Source: an uncultured Gammaproteobacteria bacterium (GTDB lineage: Bacteria; Patescibacteriota; Patescibacteriia; UBA1558; UBA10009). Taken from it: a DNA stretch of 64,000 nt. Where the stretch lies: assembly GCA_964588165.1 (NCBI GenBank), contig CAZPMS010000005.1:3411-67410 (forward strand), in the 5' to 3' direction. Each line of letters starts with the position of its first letter. Position 1 is the stretch's first letter. A program made the translations under genes and the position numbers. Under the pieces are notes generated by a model. It was not told the origin of the DNA, did no database searches, and worked only from the letters and a program-made list of their open reading frames with translations. Of the stretch, positions 38,611-48,351 are shown in pieces.

Positions 38611-38645
38611 TTGAAAAATAAGCTCTGGCGGGGTAAAATATAACC

Positions 38646-40085
38646 ATGTTTTACTACCTTTTTATTATCATTTTCTACCTGTTATTTGCCTATCTTTGTG
38701 CTAAAAACATCCGCTGGGGTATTTATACAGTTGTAGCCTTACTGCCAACTTATTTGATAAGATATACTGTTTTTGGCATCCCAGGAACTTTACTGGAAGG
38801 CATGATCTGGATTTTATTTATTGTCTGGCTAATCAAATTAAAGCAGGAAAAAAACCTAAGCTTTAATCCTTTAGTTTGGATAAAAAATATATTTAATCAT
38901 CAATCATCAATCATCAATCATAATCCCGTCCCTGATAAACTCAAACTGCCCTTGATTCTATTCCTAATCGCCTCCACCTTCGCCACATTTATTTCCACCA
39001 ATCAACTGGCTGCAGCCGGTATTTGGAAAGCTTATTTTATAGAACCCCTGCTGTTTTTTATAGTTTTTATCTACACAATAAAAAACCCGGTCCACTTTAA
39101 AAAAGCTGTTAGATTTTTAGGGCTAACTGTTTTAGCTATTGGCGTATTTGCAGTAATTCAAAAACTGACTGGGGTGTTAATTTCTAATCCTTTTTGGGCA
39201 GACGAAGCTACTAGGCGAATAACCACCTTTTTCGGCTATCCTAATGCCAATGCTTTATTTGTAGCCCCTGTCTTACTTTTATTAATAGGAAACTTAATTT
39301 CTGATTATAGTTCATGGTTCATGGTTCATAAAAATAACTCGTTATCCATAAACCATAAACTCTGGTGGATTATCTATTATATTATTTGCATTATACTTGG
39401 CACACTGACAATCATTTTTGCCAAATCCACCGGCGGCCTAATCGGGCTCGTTGCCGGCTTAATCTTTTTCTTAATTTTTTATAAAAAAACTAGGTTATTT
39501 ACCTTACTGGCTATTTTGATAATAAGTGCCGGATTGAATTTTTCGACCGGGATTAAAAATAAAATAACTGATACTTTTGCTACCACTTCACAAACCCATT
39601 TACCCTTGGATGCTTCTGATATTCATATGAGATCACAGCAATGGCGCGAAGCTTCTCAAATGCTTATGGATACGCCTGTTTTTGGAGCAGGCTTGGCCGG
39701 TTACCAAAATTTAATGGTTCCCTACCACCAAAATCCGCATGTAGAAATCTATCTATACCCCCATAACTTTTTCTTAAACTTTTGGACAGAAACCGGCTTG
39801 CTTGGCTTAGTTTCAATTATTTGGATTTTATTTGTCTTCTTTTGGTTAGGCCATAGATCATGGTTCATGAATAATAAGAACAACCCAAAGCCCATAAACC
39901 ATAATCAAATATTGACTTTAACGACCAGCATGGCTATGATAACGCTCCTGGTCCACGGCCTGGTTGATGTGCCATATTTTAAAAATGACTTATCATTTTT
40001 ATTCTGGATAATTATAGGCTTGATGATAGTTATATATAATCAATCACGAATAAACACAAATGGTTCACCAATAACTCACAAATAA
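38646..40085 (+). CDS. O-antigen ligase / polymerase-like membrane protein (Wzy_C domain)
   Basis: 479 aa, polytopic, with a PHNFFLNFWTETGLLGLVSIIWIL motif region typical of WaaL/Wzy-like proteins. Carries three in-frame heptamer-repeat insertions. Confidence 0.55.
   Translation: MFYYLFIIIFYLLFAYLCAKNIRWGIYTVVALLPTYLIRYTVFGIPGTLLEGMIWILFIVWLIKLKQEKNLSFNPLVWIKNIFNHQSSIINHNPVPDKLKLPLILFLIASTFATFISTNQLAAAGIWKAYFIEPLLFFIVFIYTIKNPVHFKKAVRFLGLTVLAIGVFAVIQKLTGVLISNPFWADEATRRITTFFGYPNANALFVAPVLLLLIGNLISDYSSWFMVHKNNSLSINHKLWWIIYYIICIILGTLTIIFAKSTGGLIGLVAGLIFFLIFYKKTRLFTLLAILIISAGLNFSTGIKNKITDTFATTSQTHLPLDASDIHMRSQQWREASQMLMDTPVFGAGLAGYQNLMVPYHQNPHVEIYLYPHNFFLNFWTETGLLGLVSIIWILFVFFWLGHRSWFMNNKNNPKPINHNQILTLTTSMAMITLLVHGLVDVPYFKNDLSFLFWIIIGLMIVIYNQSRINTNGSPITHK
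38896..38923. repeat. Heptamer tandem repeat (aatcatc)x3.5 inside the O-antigen ligase gene. Encodes HQSSIINH.
   Basis: Shares a 23-nt identical string with the reverse complement of 9116-9139 in truB. Confidence 0.8.
39311..39329. repeat. Heptamer repeat (tggttca)x2.5. Encodes SSWFMVH.
   Basis: Same unit as in murE (18137-18164). A further single unit at 39862-39876 encodes SWFM. Confidence 0.75.
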
Positions 40086-40153
40086 CGCACTAATTTGTGC
40101 GTCATCTGTGAAAAATTAGTGAGCAACGGTGTTATCTGTATAATAAAAAGGAC

Positions 40154-40190
40154 TGTCATTCTGGAACATAAGCAATAGAATCTTGGCTAC
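40154..40190. repeat. Third copy of the TGTCATTCTGGA...ATAGAATCT motif, just upstream of tRNA-Ser
   Basis: ctGTCATTCTGGAacataagcaATAGAATCTtgg. Compare 15015-15056. Confidence 0.4.
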
Positions 40191-40201
40191 GGATAAATAA
40201 C

Positions 40202-40291
40202 GGAAGCGTGCCGGAGTGGTTTAACGGGACAGTTTCGAAAACTGTTGTGCCTTTACAGGCACCGAAGGTTCGAATCCTTCCGCTTCCGCCA
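40202..40291 (+). tRNA. tRNA-Ser (anticodon CGA)
   Basis: 90-nt cloverleaf with acceptor GGAAGCG/CGCTTCC, a long variable arm, T-arm GGTTCGAATCC and encoded CCA. Confidence 0.85.
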
Positions 40292-40382
40292 ATTTACAAT
40301 TTCAGTATTTTAAAAAAGAAATCGCCGCACGCCAAAGCCCCATTTTGCAACAATTTAGTATAATTAACTTAACCATAAAATT

Positions 40383-41867
40383 ATGGAACAAGAATTTCAA
40401 CAACAACCACAACAAATAGAACAAAATCCTAATGCTCCGACCCCAACACCTAAACCAAAAAGTAAGCTGGCTATTTTTATTTTCGTTGCAACGATTATTT
40501 TAATAATCGAGGTTATAGTTATCTATTTACTCGTCACAGAAAAGCAGATCCCAACTGAGCAAAACCAAAACCCCGTCGTCTCTCAAACTAGTTTATCCAA
40601 TCAATTCAATAGTGAAGAGTTAGGTATTTTATTTTCCTATCCAAAAAAATGGGGCGAGGTTTCAAAAATTACTTCTGCCCATATTCATTCCAAGCCCTTT
40701 GATTTAATACACTCTTTCAACTTCAATTCAAACCCATCAATTTCAATGAGTGTAAAGTTCCTTGATGAACCCGAGGTATTTAGACAGCACGCTGATGTAT
40801 TAAAAGAAAAGTCTAATCCGAGACAGGAATTTTGTAAAGAAAATTTGGTATATAGCGCGCCAAAAGATAATGAAAATCCGAACAAACAACACTCCGCTTT
40901 TAGGCAATTTGGGACTTTTAGCTTTGGTACTTGTGATTATCAATATATTTCTTTCATAGGGGCTAAAAAAGTCTCCGATCCTTCTAGCTTGGTTGAACAA
41001 GACATAACAGCGAAAAGTTCACAAATAGAAATTACGAAAACTTATGTAATCCCCGTAGAAAATCTCCTATATTCACCGCTGTTTCTAACCATTAAACTGT
41101 CCCCCATTCAATCTGACGATTATTGTTTAACTGAAATGCCAAACTACCCGCCTCCAAGTCAAAAAAAAGTGATGAAAAGCTTCTCTTGCATTACATACGG
41201 AGACAAAACATTGATTGAAAATGCAATAACTGAATTTGAAAGCAGTGAATCGAACAATAAGATACAACAACTGTTGGGCTCAATGGCAATTAGCGATGTT
41301 GCAAAACAAAATGCTCTAAATTTTGTTGGATCATATTTTGAGACAAAGACTTCTTATTTTAACGACAAATTAGGAATCGAATTCGATTATCCAACAATTC
41401 TTCCCGATCCGGTGTTGGAGGAAAACGAAAGATCAATAAGCATTGATGATTTTGAAATAGTTGAGGTGATCTCTCGCCAAGACGCTGCTAATATCGAAAA
41501 ATCAGCAGCAGAATGCGAAGGTATGTGTTTTGGTCCTTCCATAACAGTGGAAGAATGGGATCTACATTTAGATATTCTAACAAAAAATATCATCGACAAA
41601 GAAGAATGTAGCGAATGTGTCTCAATAACCACAATGGGGAATAATAAATTTCTGGTTTTATTTCAAGGAAAAGCAGGTTATTCTGGACACCCTGGTAAAA
41701 GATACATAACTTACCAAAATGGCAAACGCTTTGAGTTTAATGGTTTTCAAAATTTATTTACTTTAGGAACAGAATTTACACTTGCTGAGTTTAATATGAT
41801 GTCTGAAGAAAGCTTAATGCAAAAGATTATAAAGGATATTATTGTAAGCACTTCCTTCAACGAATAG
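40383..41867 (+). CDS. Hypothetical membrane-anchored extracellular protein
   Basis: 494 aa with a Q/P-rich N-terminus and a single TM anchor. The remainder is predicted outside. No recognised domain. Confidence 0.5.
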   Translation: MEQEFQQQPQQIEQNPNAPTPTPKPKSKLAIFIFVATIILIIEVIVIYLLVTEKQIPTEQNQNPVVSQTSLSNQFNSEELGILFSYPKKWGEVSKITSAHIHSKPFDLIHSFNFNSNPSISMSVKFLDEPEVFRQHADVLKEKSNPRQEFCKENLVYSAPKDNENPNKQHSAFRQFGTFSFGTCDYQYISFIGAKKVSDPSSLVEQDITAKSSQIEITKTYVIPVENLLYSPLFLTIKLSPIQSDDYCLTEMPNYPPPSQKKVMKSFSCITYGDKTLIENAITEFESSESNNKIQQLLGSMAISDVAKQNALNFVGSYFETKTSYFNDKLGIEFDYPTILPDPVLEENERSISIDDFEIVEVISRQDAANIEKSAAECEGMCFGPSITVEEWDLHLDILTKNIIDKEECSECVSITTMGNNKFLVLFQGKAGYSGHPGKRYITYQNGKRFEFNGFQNLFTLGTEFTLAEFNMMSEESLMQKIIKDIIVSTSFNE

Positions 41868-41897
41868 TTCGTACCCACTCGCCCCTCATAAAATATT

Positions 41898-42689
41898 ATG
41901 AATCATAAAAAATTTGCCATTAAACTAGCCCTTCAGGCCGGTAAAATTATAAAGAAAAATTTTACCCTAAATATGCAAACAGAATATAAAAAGGGTGATT
42001 TTTCTTCTGTAACCAAAACTGATTATAAAATTAACGATCTGGTAATTCAATCCATTGAAAAATATTTTCCTTCTCATAGTGTTTTAGCTGAAGAAAAAAG
42101 TAATTTAAAAGATAGTGAATATGTTTGGGTTTGTGATCCGGTAGACGGCACAATCGCTTTTGCCCATGGGTTTCCTTTATCTACATTCTCATTGGCTTTA
42201 GTAAAAAATGGTGAGCCCATACTTGGAGTAGCCTATGACCCTTTCCAAAAAAGATTATTTTTTGCAGAAAAAGGCAAGGGAACCTATTTGAATAATAAAA
42301 AAATAAATGTACCTCAAATTAATAATTTTGAAGGCTCAGTTGGTGCTTTTGAAATGTGGAATAAAGCTAAATATGATGTTTTTAAATTAGCTGAATATCT
42401 AGAAATGAACAAAATAGTCAAAACAGTTAAATTATGTTCCATTGTTAACCCCTCGGTTCTAGTTTCTAACGGTGAATTATTATTTACAATTTTCCCACAC
42501 ACTACAGCCCATGATGCGGCTGCTATAAAAATTATTGTAGAAGAAGCCGGTGGCAGATTTACGGATATTTTTGGCAACGAGCAAAGATATGACAAATCAA
42601 TAAACGGTTTTATAGCCTCCAATGGTATGGTTCATGATAAACTGGTTGAACTATCAAAAAAATTAGTTACTATCAATAAAAGTAGTTAA
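41898..42689 (+). CDS. Inositol monophosphatase family protein (SuhB-like)
   Basis: WVCDPVDGTIAFAHGFP is the DPIDGT metal-binding motif. Confidence 0.75.
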   Translation: MNHKKFAIKLALQAGKIIKKNFTLNMQTEYKKGDFSSVTKTDYKINDLVIQSIEKYFPSHSVLAEEKSNLKDSEYVWVCDPVDGTIAFAHGFPLSTFSLALVKNGEPILGVAYDPFQKRLFFAEKGKGTYLNNKKINVPQINNFEGSVGAFEMWNKAKYDVFKLAEYLEMNKIVKTVKLCSIVNPSVLVSNGELLFTIFPHTTAHDAAAIKIIVEEAGGRFTDIFGNEQRYDKSINGFIASNGMVHDKLVELSKKLVTINKSS

Positions 42690-42725
42690 AGGTTTTAAAA
42701 TATGGACATAGCTTGGAAAAAAATT

Positions 42726-43361
42726 ATGAAAACTATAAAAAAACCACATATCCTATTATGTACAGCTATGTTTTTTGTGCTTATTTTAGCTGGCTGTTCA
42801 TTAGCCTCAACAAACATTCAAGAAACTCAAAAACCAGTCGAAAAATCAAATCAAACACCACCTGTTTCAGAAACACAGCCAGAAATAATGGAAGAAACAA
42901 GCCAGACAGCTAAGTATAAAATAGAATTTATTGCCGAATGGAGTTCAAAAACCCATTCTGACTTTTATCCGCTGGAAGCTCATTTTTCACCGTTCGTAGC
43001 CTACTCGCATAATGGCTCTAACGAAGCAGCAATTTTTTCCCTAGGAAAAATTCCAACTGCCGGCGTAGAGGAAATGTCAGAATCAGGTGATCCAAATATA
43101 CTAATTAATGAAATCCGAAATAAAATTAATTCTGGTCTGGCTTACGCACAAACAAAAGGCAGTAGAATTGACTCTCCCGGGAATGATATTTCTGAATTAA
43201 ATTTTTCTCAAGAATATAGTTTTATTACTTTCGTTAGCATGCTGGCGCCAAGCCCTGACTGGTTTGTTGCCGGTTCAGTTAATTTATTAGAAGGAAATAA
43301 ATGGATAGAAAGAATAGAAATTAATCTAAAAACTTATGATTCCGGTGGCGATAGCGGCTAA
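42726..43361 (+). CDS. Putative lipoprotein, function unknown. The start is uncertain by a few codons and the track ORF begins at 42702.
   Basis: The N-terminus (MKTIKKPHILLCTAMFFVLILAGCS) carries a lipobox (LAGC). Confidence 0.5.
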   Translation: MKTIKKPHILLCTAMFFVLILAGCSLASTNIQETQKPVEKSNQTPPVSETQPEIMEETSQTAKYKIEFIAEWSSKTHSDFYPLEAHFSPFVAYSHNGSNEAAIFSLGKIPTAGVEEMSESGDPNILINEIRNKINSGLAYAQTKGSRIDSPGNDISELNFSQEYSFITFVSMLAPSPDWFVAGSVNLLEGNKWIERIEINLKTYDSGGDSG

Positions 43362-43461
43362 AAATTAACCTCAAAAGACCAAGATTCAAATCCAAAACAA
43401 ACAGTTACAGTTTTTGATGAATCCCTACAAAATCTTGGTAAAATTATTTTAACTAAAATTA

Positions 43462-44205
43462 ATGAATAAAATCCTTCTTCAAATAAAAAAAGAACTGAAG
43501 AAAAATATTGATCTTGAATATAAGAAAGGATCAATTAATTTTTTTAAGGAGCCCATTAAACTTTACGGCGTTCGCTCGCCTGAACTTAAAAAAATAAAAT
43601 CAAAATTTTGGCCAGAAGTAAAACTTCTTTCTAAAGCTGATTTTATCAAACTGACCGAATCTTTATTCAAATCAAATTTAAATGAGGAATTCTCGCTTGG
43701 CTGTGGCTGGCTGTATAAACGGATTGATGAATTTAATAAAAATGACTTTAAACTAATGGAAGGCTGGCTTAAAAAATATGTAACTAACTGGGCTATGTGT
43801 GATGATTACTGCACTCATCCGCTCGGTTACCTTATTTATAAATATCCAGAATTTATTAAACAAACCAAACTTTGGACCAAATCCAAAAACCGTTGGGTTA
43901 AACGAGCGGCAGCCGTAAGCCACATTCACCCAACTAAAATGGGTAGCCCATTCTTTAATAATATTATTAAAAATAAAAAGAAATTTTTAAACGATATTTT
44001 TTATACTGCTGACCGGTTGTTGCTAGATAATGATGATCTGGTACAAAAAGGCTATGGCTGGATGTTAAAAGAAGCTACCAATCTTTTCCAAAAAGATATT
44101 TTTAATTATGTAATAAAAAATAAAGATACTATGCCCCGGACCGCTCTTAGATACGCCATAGAAAAAATGCCTGCGAATCTTAAAAAACGAGCTATGACGA
44201 AATAG
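43462..44205 (+). CDS. DNA alkylation repair protein (AlkC/AlkD-like HEAT-repeat glycosylase family)
   Basis: 247 aa. The ...NWAMCDDYCTHPLGY ... KNRWVKRAAAVS pattern is typical of the DNA_alkylation family. Confidence 0.55.
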   Translation: MNKILLQIKKELKKNIDLEYKKGSINFFKEPIKLYGVRSPELKKIKSKFWPEVKLLSKADFIKLTESLFKSNLNEEFSLGCGWLYKRIDEFNKNDFKLMEGWLKKYVTNWAMCDDYCTHPLGYLIYKYPEFIKQTKLWTKSKNRWVKRAAAVSHIHPTKMGSPFFNNIIKNKKKFLNDIFYTADRLLLDNDDLVQKGYGWMLKEATNLFQKDIFNYVIKNKDTMPRTALRYAIEKMPANLKKRAMTK

Positions 44206-44308
44206 CATCCTAAATTATATAATATAAATACGTCGTATAATCTGCGGCGTTATTTTATTTTTCAACCTTTACTAAACTAGAGTAAATATTGTATAATTAT
44301 TTATATTT

Positions 44309-45172
44309 ATGCAAAAAATACGCAAAGCAATAATACCAGTAGCCGGATTTGGCACCAGATTTTTACCGGCCACTAAAGCCCAGCCCAAAGAAATGCTACC
44401 CATAGTAGATAAGCCGGCAATTCAATACATTGTAGAGGCGGCTGCACAGTCTGGCATAACTGAAATTATCATTGTAACCAGCGGCAACAAGCGGGCCGTA
44501 GAAGACCACTTTGACCGTTCTCCAGAACTGGAAAAATGGCTGGCCAAGGTTAAAAAAAACAGCCTATTAAAAGAATTAAGAGTCATTCCCAGAATGGCTA
44601 ATTTCGTTTATATAAGACAAAAAGGCGGTTATGGAAATGGCACACCAGTTTTAAACGCCAAACCCCTAATTGGTGATGAGCCTTTTGCAGTTTTTTGGGG
44701 GGATGAATTTTTTGTCAGCAAAAAACCTTGGGTAAAACAAATGATAGAAGTCTATGAAAAATACCAAGATCCTGTTTTATCTTTAGTAAAAACTGACAAA
44801 GAAGGACAGGGAAGATACGGCATTATTGACGGTCCGGAAGTGGAAAAAAGAGTCTATCAAATAAATAATATAACTGAAAAACCAGGGGCACAAAAAGCCA
44901 AATCCAACCTAGCGGTGGTCGGTGGTTATATTTTAACTCCGGAAATTTTTAAAATTCTGGAAAAAACCAAACCTGGCAAAGATGGCGAGCTTTGGTTAGC
45001 TGATGCCATAGATGTGCTTACAAAAAAAAGGTCTGTCTATGGCAAGCAGATAGAAGGCAAACTTTATGATGCTGGAACAATTTTAGGCTGGCTTAAAGCC
45101 AATGTAGATCTGGCCCTGGATCATCCTAAAATAAATGGCGAGTTCAAAAAATATATAAATAAAATAAAATAG
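44309..45172 (+). CDS. galU: UTP--glucose-1-phosphate uridylyltransferase
   Basis: [39 protein letters not shown] is the canonical GalU N-terminus. Confidence 0.85.
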   Translation: [287 protein letters not shown]

Positions 45173-46546
45173 ATGATCAAAAATTTCAAAATATTCACAT
45201 TAATAATCTTAACAGTAGTTGTTAGTACTTCCGGTTTTTCTTGCAAATTATTCCCTTCTAAAGATGTTCCTGAATCTTTAACAAAAACCACTGAACTTAC
45301 CTATTGGGGAGTTTGGGATGATAGCGACTATTTAAAGCCGGTTATCACTGATTTTCAAGCACTGCATCCTAATATAAAAATTACTTATAAAAAATTCCGC
45401 TTCTCTGAATATGAACAAAAGCTATTAGAAGCTTGGGCCGAAGATAGGGGTCCGGATATTTACAGTGTTCCGGCTTCTTGGCTTAAAAAATACCAAAGCC
45501 GCATTACTCCCCAGCCGGAAAGTGTTAGTTTAGCCTTTAGGGAAGTTAAAAAAACTCTGGGCAAAACAGAAATCAATACTGTAGTACGATCGGTACCAAT
45601 TTTTAAAACAAATGATATTAAAAGCCAGTTTGTTGATGTGGTTTATGATAATGTAGTAATAGACAACCAAATTTACGGACTGCCGTATAGTGTAGATACT
45701 TTAATCCTCTATTATAACCGGGACTTACTAGACAGTGCTGGTTTAGCTACTCCGCCTGTTACCTGGACAGGAGTTAAAGAAGCAACTAAAGCTCTTACCC
45801 AAATAGACCAAAATAATAACTTAATTCAAACGGGCGTGGCTATGGGCACTTCGGATAATATTCCCCATGCTGTAGATATAGTTTCACTCTTAATGATGCA
45901 AAACGGCACAGTAATGGTAAATGCCAAGGGCCAGGCTGCTTTCCACCAGCCTGCTTCCGGAGAAAAAGGCTACTTCCCAGGGCAAGAAGCCCTTAGATTC
46001 TATACAGACTTTGCCGATCCTATTAAAGAAGTCTACAGCTGGAACAGCCGGCAACCAGATGCTTTAGACGCTTTTATTTCCGGTCAGGCCGCCATGATGT
46101 TTGGCTACTCCTACCATCTGCCGGTAATAAAAGCCCGGTCTCCCAAGTTGGATATAGGTCTTGCGCCAATGCCTCAAATCCAGGGCGCAGCTAAATCAAT
46201 TAATTACACCGATTATTGGGTAGAAACAGTTTCACATAAATCAAGGAGTGCCGAAATTGCGTGGGGCTTTTTAAATTTTGCTGCCAACCAAAATGAAGTA
46301 ACCAAATATTTAGAAAAAGCCAAAAAACCCTCTGCCCTTAGGTCTTTAATTATAAGCCAAAAAGAAGATCCGGAATTGGCTGTTTTTGCCAACCAAACTT
46401 TAACGGCCGAACACTGGTACAGAGGCAATGATGCTTTAAAAATGCAGGAAATTTTTGAAGAATTAATAGAAGATTTTCCAGATTCAACAGAGCCGTACAA
46501 ACTTTTGGAATATGCTGCTGCCAGAATTAACCAAACTTTAAAATGA
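45173..46546 (+). CDS. ABC transporter extracellular solute-binding protein (family 1, carbohydrate type), lipoprotein
   Basis: 457 aa. The signal ends in FSC (lipobox-like). Overall length and motif spacing fit an SBP_bac_1 protein. Confidence 0.6.
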   Translation: MIKNFKIFTLIILTVVVSTSGFSCKLFPSKDVPESLTKTTELTYWGVWDDSDYLKPVITDFQALHPNIKITYKKFRFSEYEQKLLEAWAEDRGPDIYSVPASWLKKYQSRITPQPESVSLAFREVKKTLGKTEINTVVRSVPIFKTNDIKSQFVDVVYDNVVIDNQIYGLPYSVDTLILYYNRDLLDSAGLATPPVTWTGVKEATKALTQIDQNNNLIQTGVAMGTSDNIPHAVDIVSLLMMQNGTVMVNAKGQAAFHQPASGEKGYFPGQEALRFYTDFADPIKEVYSWNSRQPDALDAFISGQAAMMFGYSYHLPVIKARSPKLDIGLAPMPQIQGAAKSINYTDYWVETVSHKSRSAEIAWGFLNFAANQNEVTKYLEKAKKPSALRSLIISQKEDPELAVFANQTLTAEHWYRGNDALKMQEIFEELIEDFPDSTEPYKLLEYAAARINQTLK

Positions 46547-47319
46547 CTGTGGTAAAAAAAAGTAAATTTTTAATTTTAAGCTTTTTAATTTTAAGCTTTT
46601 TAATTTTACCTAATATTTCTTACGCCCAACTTTTGCCGGCCTGCACAGCCACTGGCAATTGCGGCATCTGCGATATTATAGATACAGCAGTTAAAATATT
46701 CAGGTGGCTCTTGGGTATTTTAGGTGGCACCGCCTTGTTCTTACTTGTCTGGCACGGTTTTGGCTGGCTGACTTCTATCGGCAATAAAGAAAAAATAGAA
46801 GCCACCCGAAAAGCTTTACTAAGTACTGTTGTTGGCATAATAATAATTTTGGCCAGCTGGATTATAGTAAATATTGTTTTGGTAATTTTACTAACCCCGC
46901 CCGAAAGCGTTAATCCTATCCAAACGGTTTTTTCTAATTCCAACAAATGGTATGAATATTGCACCGGCGCCAATACAACCGTTTGCACCGGCAAAGGAGA
47001 GGGCTCTCCTTGTAGGCAAGGGCAATTTTGTTTAACCAGGTGCACTGAATGGGAAACAAAGGGAGAAGGCTCAACTAATCCAATTATACAATGTGTGGAT
47101 AAAAGAACTGGTATGGCAGAAAAATTTAACTGCGGCCTAACTGATTATTATGGACCACCAGATGGCGCTAAATTTGAAAGTGCCTGCGAATTTTGGTCAA
47201 CTCACCCACAATACGAAGATTACCAATGCCTAACAAGTTCAAACTGCACTACGGGTAAAATCCTAGGCAGTGAATATTGTACAAAGGCCGACTTAACCTG
47301 CTGTTTTCCAAATAATTAA
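46543..47319 (+). CDS. Pilin-like array member P0: signal peptide, two TM helices and conserved loop (GFGWLTSIGNKEKIEATRKAL), plus a Cys-rich (~17 Cys) extracellular C-terminal domain
   Basis: 258 aa. Overlaps the SBP stop by 4 nt. Has a 15-nt tandem repeat in the signal region and the same TM-loop-TM core as the ten downstream paralogs. Confidence 0.7.
   Translation: MTVVKKSKFLILSFLILSFLILPNISYAQLLPACTATGNCGICDIIDTAVKIFRWLLGILGGTALFLLVWHGFGWLTSIGNKEKIEATRKALLSTVVGIIIILASWIIVNIVLVILLTPPESVNPIQTVFSNSNKWYEYCTGANTTVCTGKGEGSPCRQGQFCLTRCTEWETKGEGSTNPIIQCVDKRTGMAEKFNCGLTDYYGPPDGAKFESACEFWSTHPQYEDYQCLTSSNCTTGKILGSEYCTKADLTCCFPNN
46567..46609. repeat. 15-nt tandem repeat (tttttaattttaagc)x2.8 encoding LILSFLILSFLIL in the P0 signal peptide
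   Basis: Seen directly. Confidence 0.8.
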
Positions 47320-47337
47320 ATTTTAAAATAGTTTTTT

Positions 47338-47679
47338 ATGAAAAATATTTACAAAATCAGTTTATTCTTCTGCCTGCTTACTTTATTCTTAAGCATGGCC
47401 GGCCCAGCTTTAGCTCAAGCCTTAGACAACCCCCTCGGCAACAATGTTTTGGGGCCCCAAGAACTGTACGGCCGGCTTATATTCAGCTTTATGGGTATTA
47501 CCGGAGTTATTGCTTTATTAATGTTTTTAGTTGGCGGTTTCCAGTGGATGACGGCCGCTGGCAATGCTGAACGGGTAAAAAAAGGAAGGGATACTTTAAT
47601 GTGGGCCATCTTAGGGCTGGTGGTAATTTTTTCCAGTTATGCAATTTTAAGAACCATCTTTGAAACTCTTAAATTCTAA
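47338..47679 (+). CDS. Pilin-like array member P1 (VirB2/TrbC-like topology: signal peptide plus two TM with a short basic loop)
   Basis: 113 aa. Core LMFLVGGFQWMTAAGNAERVKKGRDTLMWAILGLVVIF. Confidence 0.75.
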   Translation: MKNIYKISLFFCLLTLFLSMAGPALAQALDNPLGNNVLGPQELYGRLIFSFMGITGVIALLMFLVGGFQWMTAAGNAERVKKGRDTLMWAILGLVVIFSSYAILRTIFETLKF

Positions 47680-47838
47680 ATAGTAAAACATAGAAAAATA
47701 TTGTATAATAAAGATAGTTTAATAATTAGTTATCCACATAATAAATATTTTATATATTAAAAAAATAAATCAATATTGAAACTTACTTAAAATACTTTGG
47801 TTTAAGTGGATTCAATAATTAAGAAAGGGGGTGAAGAA

Positions 47839-48219
47839 ATGAAAAAATTCTTAACCAAAAAAAATGTTCTTTCACTGGCTGGCTTAACTCTAGGGCTTAT
47901 GCCGGCAGTAGTTTCTGCCCAAGCATCTTTAGGAATTGAGGCTGCTGCCAGTACTGGTTTAGGTTCAAGAGACCTTAAAGATACCATTACATCTGTTTTA
48001 AATGTTTTATTGGGTTTCTTGGGTATTATTGCTGTCATTGTTATTTTACTTGGTGGCTTTAAGTGGATGACTGCAGGTGGTAACGAAGATAAAGTTGCTG
48101 AAGCTAAAAAACTTATTGGCGCAGGTATTGTCGGTTTAGTTATTATCTTAGCAGCTTACGCTATCGCTATTTACGTTATCAATACTATTTCAACGGCTAC
48201 AGTAGATATAGGAGGATAG
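47839..48219 (+). CDS. Pilin-like array member P2
   Basis: 126 aa from the Met with the strong RBS AGGGGGTGAAGAA-ATG (track ORF starts at 47806). Core ILLGGFKWMTAGGNEDKVAEAKKLIGAGIVGLVII. Confidence 0.75.
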   Translation: MKKFLTKKNVLSLAGLTLGLMPAVVSAQASLGIEAAASTGLGSRDLKDTITSVLNVLLGFLGIIAVIVILLGGFKWMTAGGNEDKVAEAKKLIGAGIVGLVIILAAYAIAIYVINTISTATVDIGG

Positions 48220-48287
48220 TGGCTGTATAGACTTAAGAGACTTAGATATTTAGTATTCTATTTAACTTGAATACAATTTAGACAAAT

Positions 48288-48319
48288 CCTCCTGAAGTGT
48301 ATTATTCTTCTTCAGGAGG
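48288..48319 (+). other. 10-bp perfect hairpin cctcctgaag-N12-cttcaggagg between P2 and P3. Its 3' arm contains an AGGAGG SD-like sequence.
   Basis: Seen directly. No T-run follows. The hairpin lies about 30 nt upstream of the P3 start. Confidence 0.4.
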
Positions 48320-48351
48320 AAAGTGTAGATTGTATAAGCCACAATAATAGA

